Of a stretch of 64,000 nt of DNA, positions 1 through 9,941 are shown one piece after another. Position 1 is the stretch's first letter. Each line of letters opens with the position of its first letter. Origin of the DNA: an uncultured delta proteobacterium (lineage in GTDB: Bacteria; Desulfobacterota; Binatia; UBA9968); NCBI GenBank assembly GCA_963745835.1, contig CAVUZH010000003.1, positions 1,248,001 to 1,312,000 of the forward strand, given 5' to 3'. Below the pieces are notes generated by a model. The model was given only the letters and a program-made list of their open reading frames with translations, was not told the origin of the DNA and searched no databases. The position numbers were made by a program, and so were the translations under genes.

Positions 1-537
1 TCGAGATAGAAAGTCGATTGTTCCGAAGGTTCGTGTGCCAACGAGCAGGCTGGGAGCGCCGGATTTCATCGCGGAGTCTACAGCATTCAAATCTGTGATG
101 TTCAACCGAACATCAAACACCGGATATTTTCCTTTTTGCACGAGGTGCGCCATGAGGCCCTCGGGTATGGGACCCATATCTACAAAGCAGAAACTGTCCC
201 CTCCCGTAGCCTCATTGACGGTGTCCTTGGTTACAGCCGCCAAACCCTTGATGCTTTCGACAGTCGCTTCGAAGGCCTTCTGATTTTCACTGATAGAATT
301 CGTGATGCTCTCGGCTATCGATTTGAAAGCTTCTCTTTCCGCTTGAAGAGCTTGTGCCTGCTCCTTGTCAAGCTCGACTATGGAGGTATGCAAATTGTGT
401 ATTTCCGCGGCAATTAACAGAAGGGAAATGCTCAACATGAGGGCTTGAGTCCAGCGTTTCTTTAGCGGCCAAAGAGCCACCAAAATTGCGACAATCGCAA
501 GTAAGGCAATGAATGTTCCAGGCGGAGGCGAATACAC
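1..537 (-). CDS. Membrane-anchored hypothetical protein (2 TM, coiled coil, TGGDSFC motif), runs off the left edge
   Basis: Own translation (not in ORF track): VYSPPPGTFIALLAIVAILVALWPLKKRWTQALMLSISLLLIAAE...EATGGDSFCFVD..., open to position 1; start uncertain. Confidence 0.6.
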   Translation of the reverse strand, partial: MYSPPPGTFIALLAIVAILVALWPLKKRWTQALMLSISLLLIAAEIHNLHTSIVELDKEQAQALQAEREAFKSIAESITNSISENQKAFEATVESIKGLAAVTKDTVNEATGGDSFCFVDMGPIPEGLMAHLVQKGKYPVFDVRLNITDLNAVDSAMKSGAPSLLVGTRTFGTIDFLSR

Positions 538-661
538 GGTGCTTTCTAAACCACTCTCGCCCTCGATCGCGAATCATAGGGGTATGAAAACTTGTCGGAC
601 CGTAGTTGGACACCATAGATTGTCGATCTAAGGGTGAGATGTTTCATGCCAATCGAGGATT

Positions 662-706
662 TGGCGCGCCCGGAAGGATCTGAATGCCAACTCCCAGATT
701 CGTAGT
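662..706 (-). repeat. Degenerate displaced tRNA-Arg 3' half (att remnant)
   Basis: tggcgcgcccggaaggatctgaatgccaactcccagattcgtagt aligns to 32595-32640 with several mismatches and an indel. Confidence 0.8.
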
Positions 707-1022
707 TCATTCCAACGCAGAATCACAAAGAACGAGCTGAAAAACAAGGGGCAGATTGGTGAACCCGGGCTGGCCGTTCCGTGTCCTTCCCTCTCATCCT
801 ACGTCATTGTAGACGACCTTATGAAGCCTATACTCAGGCTTCCAGCAAGGCCGGCAGATGGCTCGGTGATTCGCGCCGAAGGTAGAATCGTAAGACACGG
901 CATGGGAGGTTCTGACGATCCCATTATCGATGACAGCGAATGCACCGGCGCCGCATTCAACGCGGCACTCCCGGTCAGTGCCTTGAGCTTCGCGTTCCGG
1001 GCAAACTTCGAAACCTTCTTAT

Positions 1023-1442
1023 TTAGAGAGGAGTGTGAATTTGCAGGTAATTTCCCTCTGGATCGAAAAAATAAACCGACCTCCCTGACTCGCGAACATG
1101 TTCCTCGTACATGATTTTAACGCCGGATTTCTTCAGGTCGGCGACGGCCGTTGTGAAATCCTCTTTGGGCAACTCCAATGATAAATGGGAAGTCCCATCC
1201 TCAAAGTCGCCTCTTTCGAGCGGCTTGGGGCGTTGAAAGAGAACCAACTCGGCGCCGTTTTCCATAAAGAGGCGCGCCGTCAAAGGATAATGTCCCATCG
1301 CGTCTTTATAGAGGCCCCCGGTCTCGATATCGACGTCGACTTTCGCGCATGTCATGCCGAGAACCTCGGTGTAAAACTGTTTCGCCCGGTCCAGATTATT
1401 AACTGGAAGACCGAGATGGTGAACGCCTTTTAGTTTAAACAT
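1023..1442 (-). CDS. VOC (glyoxalase/bleomycin resistance) family protein
   Basis: GVHHLGLPVNNLDRAKQFY, HLSL and SVYFFDPEGNYLQI motifs. Confidence 0.9.
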   Translation of the reverse strand: MFKLKGVHHLGLPVNNLDRAKQFYTEVLGMTCAKVDVDIETGGLYKDAMGHYPLTARLFMENGAELVLFQRPKPLERGDFEDGTSHLSLELPKEDFTTAVADLKKSGVKIMYEEHVRESGRSVYFFDPEGNYLQIHTPL

Positions 1443-1533
1443 GTCTTTACCCCCTTTTTTGTATTTGCAGATTTCGCATTCATGATTGTTCCACCCCGGC
1501 GCAGCTGCATAGACCTAAACTTCTTCAAATCCA

Positions 1534-2217
1534 TCAGTGCGCCATCAACCAATTGGTGATTTCTGAGATGATGGGTTGGCGATCCACGTTACGCAAATGA
1601 TGATTGCCGCCTTCGATGGGGACGAAGCGGATGATCTCTCCGACATTCTCCGCAAGCCGCTGTCCGTGCGCAATCGGAACTGTTTCGTCCTTGGTACCAT
1701 GGATTAATAGCACCGGTTTGGTCATCCGAGCGGCGAGCGTGAGCGCATCCGCCGCTCTGTGATCTTTGTCTTGTAATGGGCCGAAGCGGGATTCCAAAAT
1801 TGATTTTGCCTCTCGGTTATCCAGAAGAATCTGCTGCAAACTGCAGAAAGGCGCCAGAACGACCGCGCCTGCAAAGCACTCCTCTGTTGCGGCAGCAATA
1901 AGCGCCATGGTTCCACCGGTGGATTGACCTGCCGCCCAAATTTTGTGGGTGACAGCATCTAACACCGAGGCACACGTTGCCATATCGCTTACCCACAGGC
2001 TTAGGTCGCTTTGGCCAGTAGAATTGCCGTAACCGCGCTGGTGAAATCGGAGCGCAAAGTATCCGTGATCCGCCAATGCCTGTAAGAGATCATCGTATTG
2101 TGAGCCCCCACCCCACCCATGACAAAAGACCAATCCTTCACCCCTGCTTTCCTCTGGCAGCCAAAGAGTGACGTTCAGGTATTCGTTACTACTTTTAATA
2201 TAAAATGTAATCGGCAC
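1534..2217 (-). CDS. Alpha/beta fold hydrolase
   Basis: CHGWGG, GQSTGG nucleophile elbow, IHGTKDETVP, GGNH. Confidence 0.88.
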   Translation of the reverse strand: MPITFYIKSSNEYLNVTLWLPEESRGEGLVFCHGWGGGSQYDDLLQALADHGYFALRFHQRGYGNSTGQSDLSLWVSDMATCASVLDAVTHKIWAAGQSTGGTMALIAAATEECFAGAVVLAPFCSLQQILLDNREAKSILESRFGPLQDKDHRAADALTLAARMTKPVLLIHGTKDETVPIAHGQRLAENVGEIIRFVPIEGGNHHLRNVDRQPIISEITNWLMAH

Positions 2218-2253
2218 GCTTGTCTCTACGCTAGACTACTCGCCATGAATTCA

Positions 2254-3354
2254 TCACGATATTCCGTACAACCGCGCTGCATTGTCCCACAAAATTCTGC
2301 CCTTAATCTCGTCGGAAATATCAGTCCGCCTGCGGAATTTTATAACTGAATGCGGAAAGTCACAGTCGCCATGCGGATAGTCAGATGCAAAGACAATGCG
2401 CTCAGTTCCAATGACTTCAGTGGTATGCGCTAAACCATCCTCATCCGGTTCGCATGAAACGAAACAGCTGTCACTCCTGACATAATCACTGGGCTTTCTG
2501 GGTACGCCGGCAGGATGATGCATCGACCGGGAATAGTGATCATCCATGCGCCACATCCAGTAGGGGAGCCAGGCCGCGCCGATTTCCAAAAAGACGAATT
2601 TGATTCGGGGGTATTTCTCCATGATCCCCCCGCCAATCAGGGTCATGATACCGATCATCAGATTGAATGGCATACCAACCATGTGAATATAGAAATATGG
2701 ATCCTTAAACCGTTCCTGCCCCGGGCTATCAAAGCAGCCAGTGATCCAATGAACCCCCACTGCTGCGCCAAGTTCATTGGCTTCACGGAAAAAAGGATCG
2801 AAGTACGGATCATCGAGATTACGAGATCCGACAGTTCCCGTAACCACCGTTCCCACAAGTCCGAGATCCTTGATCGCTCTTCGTAACTCTTTGGCCGCTT
2901 CCTCTGGCTTCTGAAGGGGCACAGCCGCGATACCTCTCACGCGACCATCGAAGGCTTTGGATTTTTCCGCAGTGTAGTTATTATACGCACGGCACATCGC
3001 GGCCGCGAGGTCTCCGTTATCAAGATGGGACGCCATCGCCATGATGTTTGGATAGGCGACCTGAACATCGATACCTTCCTTGTCAAGATCTTTCAGCCGA
3101 CCTTCAACGTCGTCGAGTCCCGGGGCGTTGATCGCCATATCAGGTTTTCCTTTTTTGAACAGATATCCATTCGGCGTGCCATGACCCCAATTTCCAACCG
3201 GACGCGGAAACAGCTTTCCTTCCACCATCCAGTATTGAACTTTGCCGATCGACACCACTTCCGGGCCATCTTCTTTGAAGTCCCTTTCGAGGTATCGATC
3301 AAATAAATCATCTGGCTCATTGGCGTGGGCATCTGCATCAATAACCATGGTCAT
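2254..3354 (-). CDS. Amidohydrolase family protein (Amidohydro_2)
   Basis: IDADAH, FASDYPHGD, WDNAARLYG. Confidence 0.9.
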   Translation of the reverse strand: MTMVIDADAHANEPDDLFDRYLERDFKEDGPEVVSIGKVQYWMVEGKLFPRPVGNWGHGTPNGYLFKKGKPDMAINAPGLDDVEGRLKDLDKEGIDVQVAYPNIMAMASHLDNGDLAAAMCRAYNNYTAEKSKAFDGRVRGIAAVPLQKPEEAAKELRRAIKDLGLVGTVVTGTVGSRNLDDPYFDPFFREANELGAAVGVHWITGCFDSPGQERFKDPYFYIHMVGMPFNLMIGIMTLIGGGIMEKYPRIKFVFLEIGAAWLPYWMWRMDDHYSRSMHHPAGVPRKPSDYVRSDSCFVSCEPDEDGLAHTTEVIGTERIVFASDYPHGDCDFPHSVIKFRRRTDISDEIKGRILWDNAARLYGIS

Positions 3355-3454
3355 CAGTAAATCCCCTTCTTATTTGTATTTACCTTGCTGGAGCCGACAA
3401 CGTTCGCAAGACATGAGTGGTTCATTAATGATGTACTCGTCATTAAAAGCCGTG

Positions 3455-4549
3455 TCATGAAAGCCCATAAAGCCGAGCAGCATTTTTCCAGAGGATGCGC
3501 TCCTTCAATTCGTGGCTCAGATCCTTGCGGTTACGAAGCTTCATGACTGTATGTGGAAAATCGCAATCACCGTGCGGATAATCGGAAGCGAAAATTATCC
3601 TTTCTGCTCCTAAAACGTTAGCCGAATGTGCCAATCCCTCCTCATCCGGCTCACACGAAACAAAGCAGCTGTCGCTACGCACGTAATCACTGGGCGGTTT
3701 GGGGAGAGTGGACAAGCGATGTGAACTAGTCGTGTAGTGATCATCCATGCGCCACATCCAGTACGGAAGCCAGGCCGCGCCGATTTCCAAAAAGACGAAT
3801 TTGATTCGGGGGTATTTCTCCATGATCCCCCCGCCAATTAGGGTCATGATACCGATCATCAAATTGAATGGCATACCAACCATGTGAATATAGAAATACG
3901 GATCCTTAAACCGTTCCTGCCCCGGGCTGTCAAAGCAGCCAGTTATCCAATGAACCCCTACTGCTGCGCCAAGTTCATTGGCTTCACGGAAAAAAGGATC
4001 GAAGTACGGATCATCGAGATTTCTTTGCCCTACAGTACCTGTTACAACAGTTCCCACCAGCCCCAGATCTTTCACAGCGCGCCGAACTTCCTTCGCTGCC
4101 TCCACGGGATTTTGAAGTGCCACGGCACCGACCGGCCTGACGCGTCCATTAAACCCTCGAGACTGTTCGGCGACGTAGTTGTTGTAGGCGCGACACATTG
4201 CAGCCGCGAGCTCTCCGTCATCGAGATGGGAGGCCATCGCCGTAATATTTGGATAGACGACTTGAATGTCGATTCCTTCCGTATCCAAATCCTTCAGTCG
4301 CCCTGGAACATCATCGAGCGATTGGGTGGTAGTTGCCATTCCTTTTTTCGCCATGTTCGTTCCGAAGTAGCCGCTGCTGGTTCCATGGCCCCATGTCCCT
4401 ACTGGCCGTGGCAGGAATTTTCCTTCTATCATCCAGCGCATTCCGTGGGCATCAACGACCTTTGGTCCACGTTCACGAAACTCCTTCTCAAGGTACCGAT
4501 CAAATAGGTCTCTTGGCTCGTTACAGTGTCCATCTCCATCAATGACCAT
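3455..4549 (-). CDS. Amidohydrolase family protein, paralog of 2254-3354
   Basis: IDGDGH, FASDYPHGD, WKNAARLYG; shares an identical central peptide block with its neighbour. Confidence 0.9.
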   Translation of the reverse strand: MVIDGDGHCNEPRDLFDRYLEKEFRERGPKVVDAHGMRWMIEGKFLPRPVGTWGHGTSSGYFGTNMAKKGMATTTQSLDDVPGRLKDLDTEGIDIQVVYPNITAMASHLDDGELAAAMCRAYNNYVAEQSRGFNGRVRPVGAVALQNPVEAAKEVRRAVKDLGLVGTVVTGTVGQRNLDDPYFDPFFREANELGAAVGVHWITGCFDSPGQERFKDPYFYIHMVGMPFNLMIGIMTLIGGGIMEKYPRIKFVFLEIGAAWLPYWMWRMDDHYTTSSHRLSTLPKPPSDYVRSDSCFVSCEPDEEGLAHSANVLGAERIIFASDYPHGDCDFPHTVMKLRNRKDLSHELKERILWKNAARLYGLS

Positions 4550-4561
4550 TTTGTCGTCTCC

Positions 4562-5542
4562 TTAGTTCTGCTTAAATCCCAGCTCTCTTTGCGCTTCTAG
4601 AAGCAATGTTCGATTAGCGACCTGAGAAATGGGAACTTTCTTATCCACTTTTGCCCTCGTCAACGCTTCGTCTATGGCCGCTTGTAATGCTTCATCGGTC
4701 ATGGTTCCGTCTCGGCTATATGCTGGAAAATAACTGTCGAACATCGATGTGGCCATGTCACGGTTCGTTTTTGCATAGGAGGCAAGGATCTCTATAGATT
4801 CTTTCTTGTTAGTCTGGATAAATTGCAGCGCCTCGATAGTTCCCTTGAGCATCCGCTTAACCTGATCAGGCGATTGCCTAATGATAGTATCCGACACGAT
4901 TACGGCATTCTGTGGAAGATTGGTATAGTCCTTGGCCCGCGCAATAATTTTGTAGTTTTTTTTGGCGCCCCACACGTCCAACGGCGTGCTGCCGATTACG
5001 GCGTCAACTCGACCAGTCTCTAGCGAAGCAAACCGTCCTTGATCATCTCCGCTAGGCAACAGATGTAGGTCTTTGCCCGGAGTCAAACCATGACGTCTAG
5101 CAATCACATCGGCAACCAAATGCGTCGTACTCCCCAAAGTGCTGATGCCAACCGCTTTATTTCGCAGATCCCCGACCTGCTCAATTCCAGGCCGCACCAT
5201 TAAAAAGAACACTAACTTGTCTTGAGTCATCATAAGAAGTTTGACTGGGACGCCGCGGATAGCAGCTGATACCCCTTGAGCCATGGTGATCGCATAATCT
5301 AAATCTCCCGAGCCCAAGGCATTCATCGCAATGGCAAGAGAGATTCGAACGTGCTCAGAAGCAAGACCGTATTTCGTATAAAATCCCTTATGTTCCGCAA
5401 TTACGGTGGGGAGAAATCCGGGCGAGCTCGATGATATCCCGATGCGAATTTTATCTTCACCGCGCGCATCAGTAATAGTGAAAACGGCTACAGCGACGCA
5501 CATCAAGAAGAAAACATCCAACAAAGGAATTCTTAGTTTCAT
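4562..5542 (-). CDS. ABC substrate-binding protein, NMT1/THI5/SsuA-like
   Basis: Signal peptide, IRIGISS, KGFYTKYGL, DLRNKAVGISTLGS, GRVDA. Confidence 0.85.
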   Translation of the reverse strand: MKLRIPLLDVFFLMCVAVAVFTITDARGEDKIRIGISSSSPGFLPTVIAEHKGFYTKYGLASEHVRISLAIAMNALGSGDLDYAITMAQGVSAAIRGVPVKLLMMTQDKLVFFLMVRPGIEQVGDLRNKAVGISTLGSTTHLVADVIARRHGLTPGKDLHLLPSGDDQGRFASLETGRVDAVIGSTPLDVWGAKKNYKIIARAKDYTNLPQNAVIVSDTIIRQSPDQVKRMLKGTIEALQFIQTNKKESIEILASYAKTNRDMATSMFDSYFPAYSRDGTMTDEALQAAIDEALTRAKVDKKVPISQVANRTLLLEAQRELGFKQN

Positions 5543-6119
5543 ATGTCCCTTCCGAGATTTCGCCTAAGTCGTTGACGTTGTAATTTCTTTTATAATTTCA
5601 ATCGCTAAGCTGCCGATTTCTTCTGCTCCTCGTGGTAATTGAAGTGCCACGGCTTCCTGTTCGTCAGCGCTTTTTAGAGTTCCAGCTGTAAAATGCTGCT
5701 CCCAATGCGGCTAGATGGCTGTCTGCCGCACCGAGAATCGGTACCGCAATGCATTAGGCCGCTAAAAAACACATTGACCAAGCGAGTAGGCGCACTTCAA
5801 TTCGCATGTTCATGAACTCCCATAAACAGACCCTGTGTTGAATAGCAGACTAGGTGGAATCATAGACTTGATAACGATTTATTTGAGTGATCTGTCACTT
5901 GTCAAGTTATAAGTATGCTCGGCTGGAGACAAAGTGATCACGTCAACTAATGAGCATTGGATCACATTATTACAGCGGCATTACAGCGGCGGAGCACATT
6001 TCAGAATGAGAATAGGGAAGAGCGCACGCGCCGGTGGAGCCTCGATCGAGGAACGAGATTGTCACTACCGAGGTCGCAAGCAGCAATGAACGATCAAAGC
6101 GCGATTGCGTAAAACTAGA

Positions 6120-6170
6120 GTGGAAACAAATTGGAAAGATCAGCAGACTGCAGCGTGTAAGTCATTGAGA
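6120..6170. promoter_or_regulatory. Arm-type integrase repeat (GTGGAAACA/TGGAAAGA) plus IHF-like box
   Basis: gtggaaacaaattggaaaga at 6120-6139; taagtcattgaga at 6158-6170 is near YAANNNNTTGATW. Confidence 0.5.
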
Positions 6171-6174
6171 AAGA

Positions 6175-6220
6175 TGGCGCGCCCAGGGTGATTCGAACAC
6201 CCAACCCCCAGATTCGTAGT
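6175..6220 (-). repeat. Displaced tRNA-Arg 3' half, variant allele (att site)
   Basis: 46 bp with 5 substitutions versus 32595-32640; similarity ends at the anticodon loop. Confidence 0.9.
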
Positions 6221-6261
6221 TAACTATAGACCGTTTTCACATGGATTGGCAGATAAGAGAC

Positions 6262-6294
6262 GCCCGTTTCTCATAGGAGAGCGGGCTTTTCTTT
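6262..6294 (+). terminator. Rho-independent terminator-like hairpin
   Basis: gcccgtttctc-atag-gagagcgggc followed by ttttcttt. Confidence 0.6.
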
Positions 6295-6325
6295 CTCTGT
6301 GGTTATGGTTGGTCGGCTGTGACTC

Positions 6326-6344
6326 TGGAAACAAAGTGGAAACA
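6326..6344. repeat. Arm-type tandem repeat TGGAAACA (element B left end)
   Basis: tggaaacaaagtggaaaca, 11-bp period; same motif at 17022-17042. Confidence 0.65.
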
Positions 6345-6673
6345 GAATTGAAAGCTCTTTAGATCGGAACTCGCTGGCGACTCGGTGGCACAACCTACTT
6401 TAAACCACGTTGGCACACCCCCGATATGGGCATCGTCTGGATGGTACCTACTCTCACGTTGCAGAAAAACAAAAAGCGATCTCATCACATTGCCTAAGTT
6501 GATTCATTTGGGCTAGGGTTCGCGCGTCACATCGTTTGTATCCTCACAATCCCCGCCTTGCATTTTCTGTCACTTGAATAGGACCTTGCCCAGTTCGACC
6601 GGGCTCTTACATCCACCACGATTGTCTGGACAGACGAATAGACCTTTAGTAGAAAGGGCAAACCGGAGGAAGT

Positions 6674-7310
6674 ATGCCATGTGATGCCCAGTGTTGGTCT
6701 GCAATAGGTAGCCTCGGATCCGCGATTGCGGCGAGTGGTACTGTGATTGTTGCCTATGTTCAACTATCAAAACTAGCAAAACAGCTGCACCTCCAAAGTG
6801 AGCAGACGAAGTTGGTTGAGAGGCAGATCGGGGAAACGCACGAGTGGAATCGGCGGAAGGCCACTCAGTAGACCCTGCATGATATTGCAACCGGTACGGC
6901 GCAGGGGCTTCTTCGAAGAATGAGGCTCGAATTTGGCTGTGATGTGGCGGCCGAGCCATCACCGGACTACAGCAAAGCATTGGCATCTTTTACAGCGGAT
7001 AAACAGCGGAAGTTTCTAGCCACTTTGCTGACACTAATCAACATATTCGAAACGGTCGCTGTGGGCGTTCGGCATGGAATTATCGACGAGGATATAGCAT
7101 GACTACCTCGGCAAAATTATGCCTGCTTATTATTTCTTCACTCACCCATTGATCGAAGAACGACGAAAGCTCTTAAAATTTGAGCGGGGTAGCGGGAGCC
7201 TTGAATATTGCGCTGAGAAGTGGCGAATCCGGCTATTAATAGAGGAGCAAAAGAGCGAAGAGCGCCGCAAGAACAAATCACTTGTCAAACCAAAGCCGCC
7301 ACTCGAGTAA
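6674..7310 (+). pseudogene. DUF4760-like membrane-anchored protein, interrupted
   Basis: N-terminal TM, HEWNRRKATQ, LINIFETVAVGVRHGIIDEDI, LEYCAEKW; in-frame TAG at 6869-6871 and frameshift near 7100. Confidence 0.65.
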
Positions 7311-7913
7311 CCTCCGGAAGTAAAGGGTGCTGGTGGTTATAAGATTAGCTGAGTTGATGAGAGATTCGCGCGGGCGCTTTTTCTCTTCTCGCGAATAACT
7401 TCCTTCCCCTGGCATTTTTGTCTTCTCTGAAGCCGCAAAACTGAATGCCTGAGATGTCCATCAGCGGTCCACGTAATGATTTACCGATTACGGGAACTAC
7501 AGAACGCTTAAGGACAAACGGCTAGCGTGCCATGAATGCTCAACATTGATGGACACTCTGATGCGGTACAAAGGCTAAGACTCGATTCAACCACAATGCC
7601 CCTAAGCACTGACCAAATGAGAAACATTGATAACCTTATGCATGCTGGAGGGCTGAACCGTGGAGACTCTAAGGGCTTCATTATTTTTGGCGGTGTCTCG
7701 CTAGATGAGGAGGAACGCTACTGCTCCTATGAGTTAGTGTGGTGAAGCTTATGCTGGGATTTAGAAAGTGAACCGCGAAAACGAAAAAACTCTGTGCTCT
7801 GGACGAAATTGAAACTGCGGATCCATAGCGTGGTCCACCCAGCGGCTCTGCCGAGTTAAAAAGAAGTAAGCACGAAGATAAACGTCAGGAAAAGACAAAT
7901 GAAAGGAGCTGCT

Positions 7914-9911
7914 ATGAAACCGAAAACCGAACTGCAACCATCAACCAAACTCCGAAGAGCAGTTGTGGGAGGTTCCCTAAATTCTTTTCCTACTGCACTG
8001 CTGGTTCCCGTACGGAAAGTTCTGGCCGCCGTGTTGCCTCGCTTTCTAAAAGACAGCATGCGAAATCCAAAAGTCCGTTCAGCCATTGTTCTGGCTGCCG
8101 ATGATGCGCTGGTGAAGCAGTATCCGGTAGCGCGACTTGTGCGGGCGGATTTGCGCAGGCGGATTTTGCGGGAACGATTGGACGAGTTGCTGGATAACTG
8201 GCTGATGCCGACCCCGCCTGCCGCTCCTCCGGCGCGTGGCGCTCGTGCTGGCGCCAGGGCGGGGCGTGCCGTTCCGCGCCCGAAGGACGACGTAGCGGCG
8301 ATGGGTGATGGGTTCGAGGGTTTCATGATTAAATTGCGCGCTTCCGGAAAAATCGCCACAGCGCGGCGCGTGGTCAAAAAAGCGCTCGCCGGTTCTTGGT
8401 CAGTAAAGGATTTCGCGCGAGGTTCGAGACAATTTGAAGTTGCCAGCAACAAAGTTTCTATGTCGGCTGCCGAGGCTTGGGAAGCGACTTACCGTCTGCG
8501 CGCACAACCCGGAGTTGGGTGGGCCGAGCCCTGTTTCACAGTTCCATTGGAAGCGCCCGCTCGGCTTCGAGCCAAGGGGCGTCGCGCATCCGGCGGCGGT
8601 GGAGGGCCTGCGCCTGCCAATCCGCAATGGAGCGTGAATATGGTCAAGACCCGCGAAGCCTGGGCTTTCTCAACGCAAACAGGAAACCCAGCGCAAGGCG
8701 CCGGCATTGTCCTCGGCCATCCCGACACCGGCTGCACCACGCACTCAGAGGTGCTTTCGCCGCGGCTGCTCAAACAATTAGGCTATGATTTTTGGGACTC
8801 CGACTCTGATCCAACCGATCCAATGGATAGTGGAGTTGGCTGCACAATTTCGGCGGACTTCCTTTGCTTCCCGGGCCACGGCACCGGCACATCGAGCGTC
8901 ATCTTCAGCGACGACAATGCGGGAGCTGCGAAATTCGTCGTTGGCATCGCGCCCGCAGCGAAGCTGATTCCGTTTCGGGTCGCACCGACCGTGGTACTTT
9001 GGAGCATGAAGCGTCTCGCCGCGGCTATCCGGCGCGCAACGGATAGTGGCTGCCACGTGATTTCCATCAGCATGGGCGGCCCTGGCGCGAACACGTTGCA
9101 TGAAGCCGTGCAATATGCCGCTGAGCGCGGTGTAATTGTATGCTGTGCCGTCGGCAATCAGTGGCCATGGGTGGTCTGGCCGGCGGTTTACGACGAGTGC
9201 ATCGCTGTAGCAGCGTGCAACATCAACGAGAAACCCTGGTCAGGCTCAGCGTCCGGTGAAGCCGTGGACATCACCGCGCCTGGTGAAAATGTTTACCGCG
9301 CTTATTTCAACAAAAAACAGAAGGCCGATGTTGGTCCGGGTTCCGGCACCTCCTTCGCCGTTGCGACGACTGCGGGCGTGGCAGCGCTCTGGCTGGCACA
9401 TCACGGCATCGATCGATTGAAGTCAAACTCGCGTGTGTCCGCGCCAAACATCCCCCCCTTGTTCTTCTCCATTCTGACGAAGTATGGCTACAACAAGCCG
9501 GCCGGTTGGAACACAAGCAGTTACGGCCCTGGCATTATCGATGCCGAAAAAATTTTGAAAGCTCCGCTCCCTACGGCGCAGCCAGCGTCCGCACGTCGTC
9601 GGGTGAAGGTACTTTCACCATCCGAAGGTAATCTGGGGGAGTTCGCCAATCTGTTTCCGGAACTGTCACCCGCGGAATTGCGCAACCGTCTGGCCAGCGC
9701 GCTCGGCGCCACACACTCAACGCTCCCGGCGCGACTACGCGAGGTCGGCGACGAACTGCTCTTTCATCTTGCGGTTAACACGGAGGAGCGCGAGCGCTTT
9801 GCCGGCTTCAGTCCGGCCGGGCGGAAGGTCGGTGCGAAAGCCAGCTTGCGCGCCAGTACGACGGCCCTTCGCGCCGCGGCATCACCCACGCTCGCAAAAT
9901 ATTTGAATTAA
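7914..9911 (+). CDS. S8 (subtilase) serine peptidase with extra N- and C-terminal helical regions, no signal peptide
   Basis: Triad GHPDTG / PGHGTGTS / GSGTSFA, oxyanion AVGN; RBS aaaggag before ATG 7914. Confidence 0.9.
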   Translation: MKPKTELQPSTKLRRAVVGGSLNSFPTALLVPVRKVLAAVLPRFLKDSMRNPKVRSAIVLAADDALVKQYPVARLVRADLRRRILRERLDELLDNWLMPTPPAAPPARGARAGARAGRAVPRPKDDVAAMGDGFEGFMIKLRASGKIATARRVVKKALAGSWSVKDFARGSRQFEVASNKVSMSAAEAWEATYRLRAQPGVGWAEPCFTVPLEAPARLRAKGRRASGGGGGPAPANPQWSVNMVKTREAWAFSTQTGNPAQGAGIVLGHPDTGCTTHSEVLSPRLLKQLGYDFWDSDSDPTDPMDSGVGCTISADFLCFPGHGTGTSSVIFSDDNAGAAKFVVGIAPAAKLIPFRVAPTVVLWSMKRLAAAIRRATDSGCHVISISMGGPGANTLHEAVQYAAERGVIVCCAVGNQWPWVVWPAVYDECIAVAACNINEKPWSGSASGEAVDITAPGENVYRAYFNKKQKADVGPGSGTSFAVATTAGVAALWLAHHGIDRLKSNSRVSAPNIPPLFFSILTKYGYNKPAGWNTSSYGPGIIDAEKILKAPLPTAQPASARRRVKVLSPSEGNLGEFANLFPELSPAELRNRLASALGATHSTLPARLREVGDELLFHLAVNTEERERFAGFSPAGRKVGAKASLRASTTALRAAASPTLAKYLN

Positions 9912-9941
9912 AAATCTATCCATGCTTCAGATAAATATCTC

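Larger units (their letters stand above)
707..6174. mobile_element. Element C: old integrated island with a catabolic cassette, no integrase seen
   Basis: Bounded by tRNA-Arg 3' fragments at 662-706 and 6175-6220; arm-like TGGAAACA and IHF-like box at its right end. Confidence 0.55.

Noticed and set aside
2534-4021. Diversity-generating retroelement TR/VR pair
   Set aside because: Differences are synonymous and not adenine-specific, both copies are in coding genes, and there is no reverse transcriptase
5560-5815. Third amidohydrolase or second SBP remnant
   Set aside because: Only a 14-bp match (tgaagtgccacggc) and a broken signal-like stretch; too weak to call
6869-6871. Amber readthrough or pyrrolysine recoding
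   Set aside because: Single case in a gene that also has a frameshift; TAG ends normal genes in this window; no pyl genes
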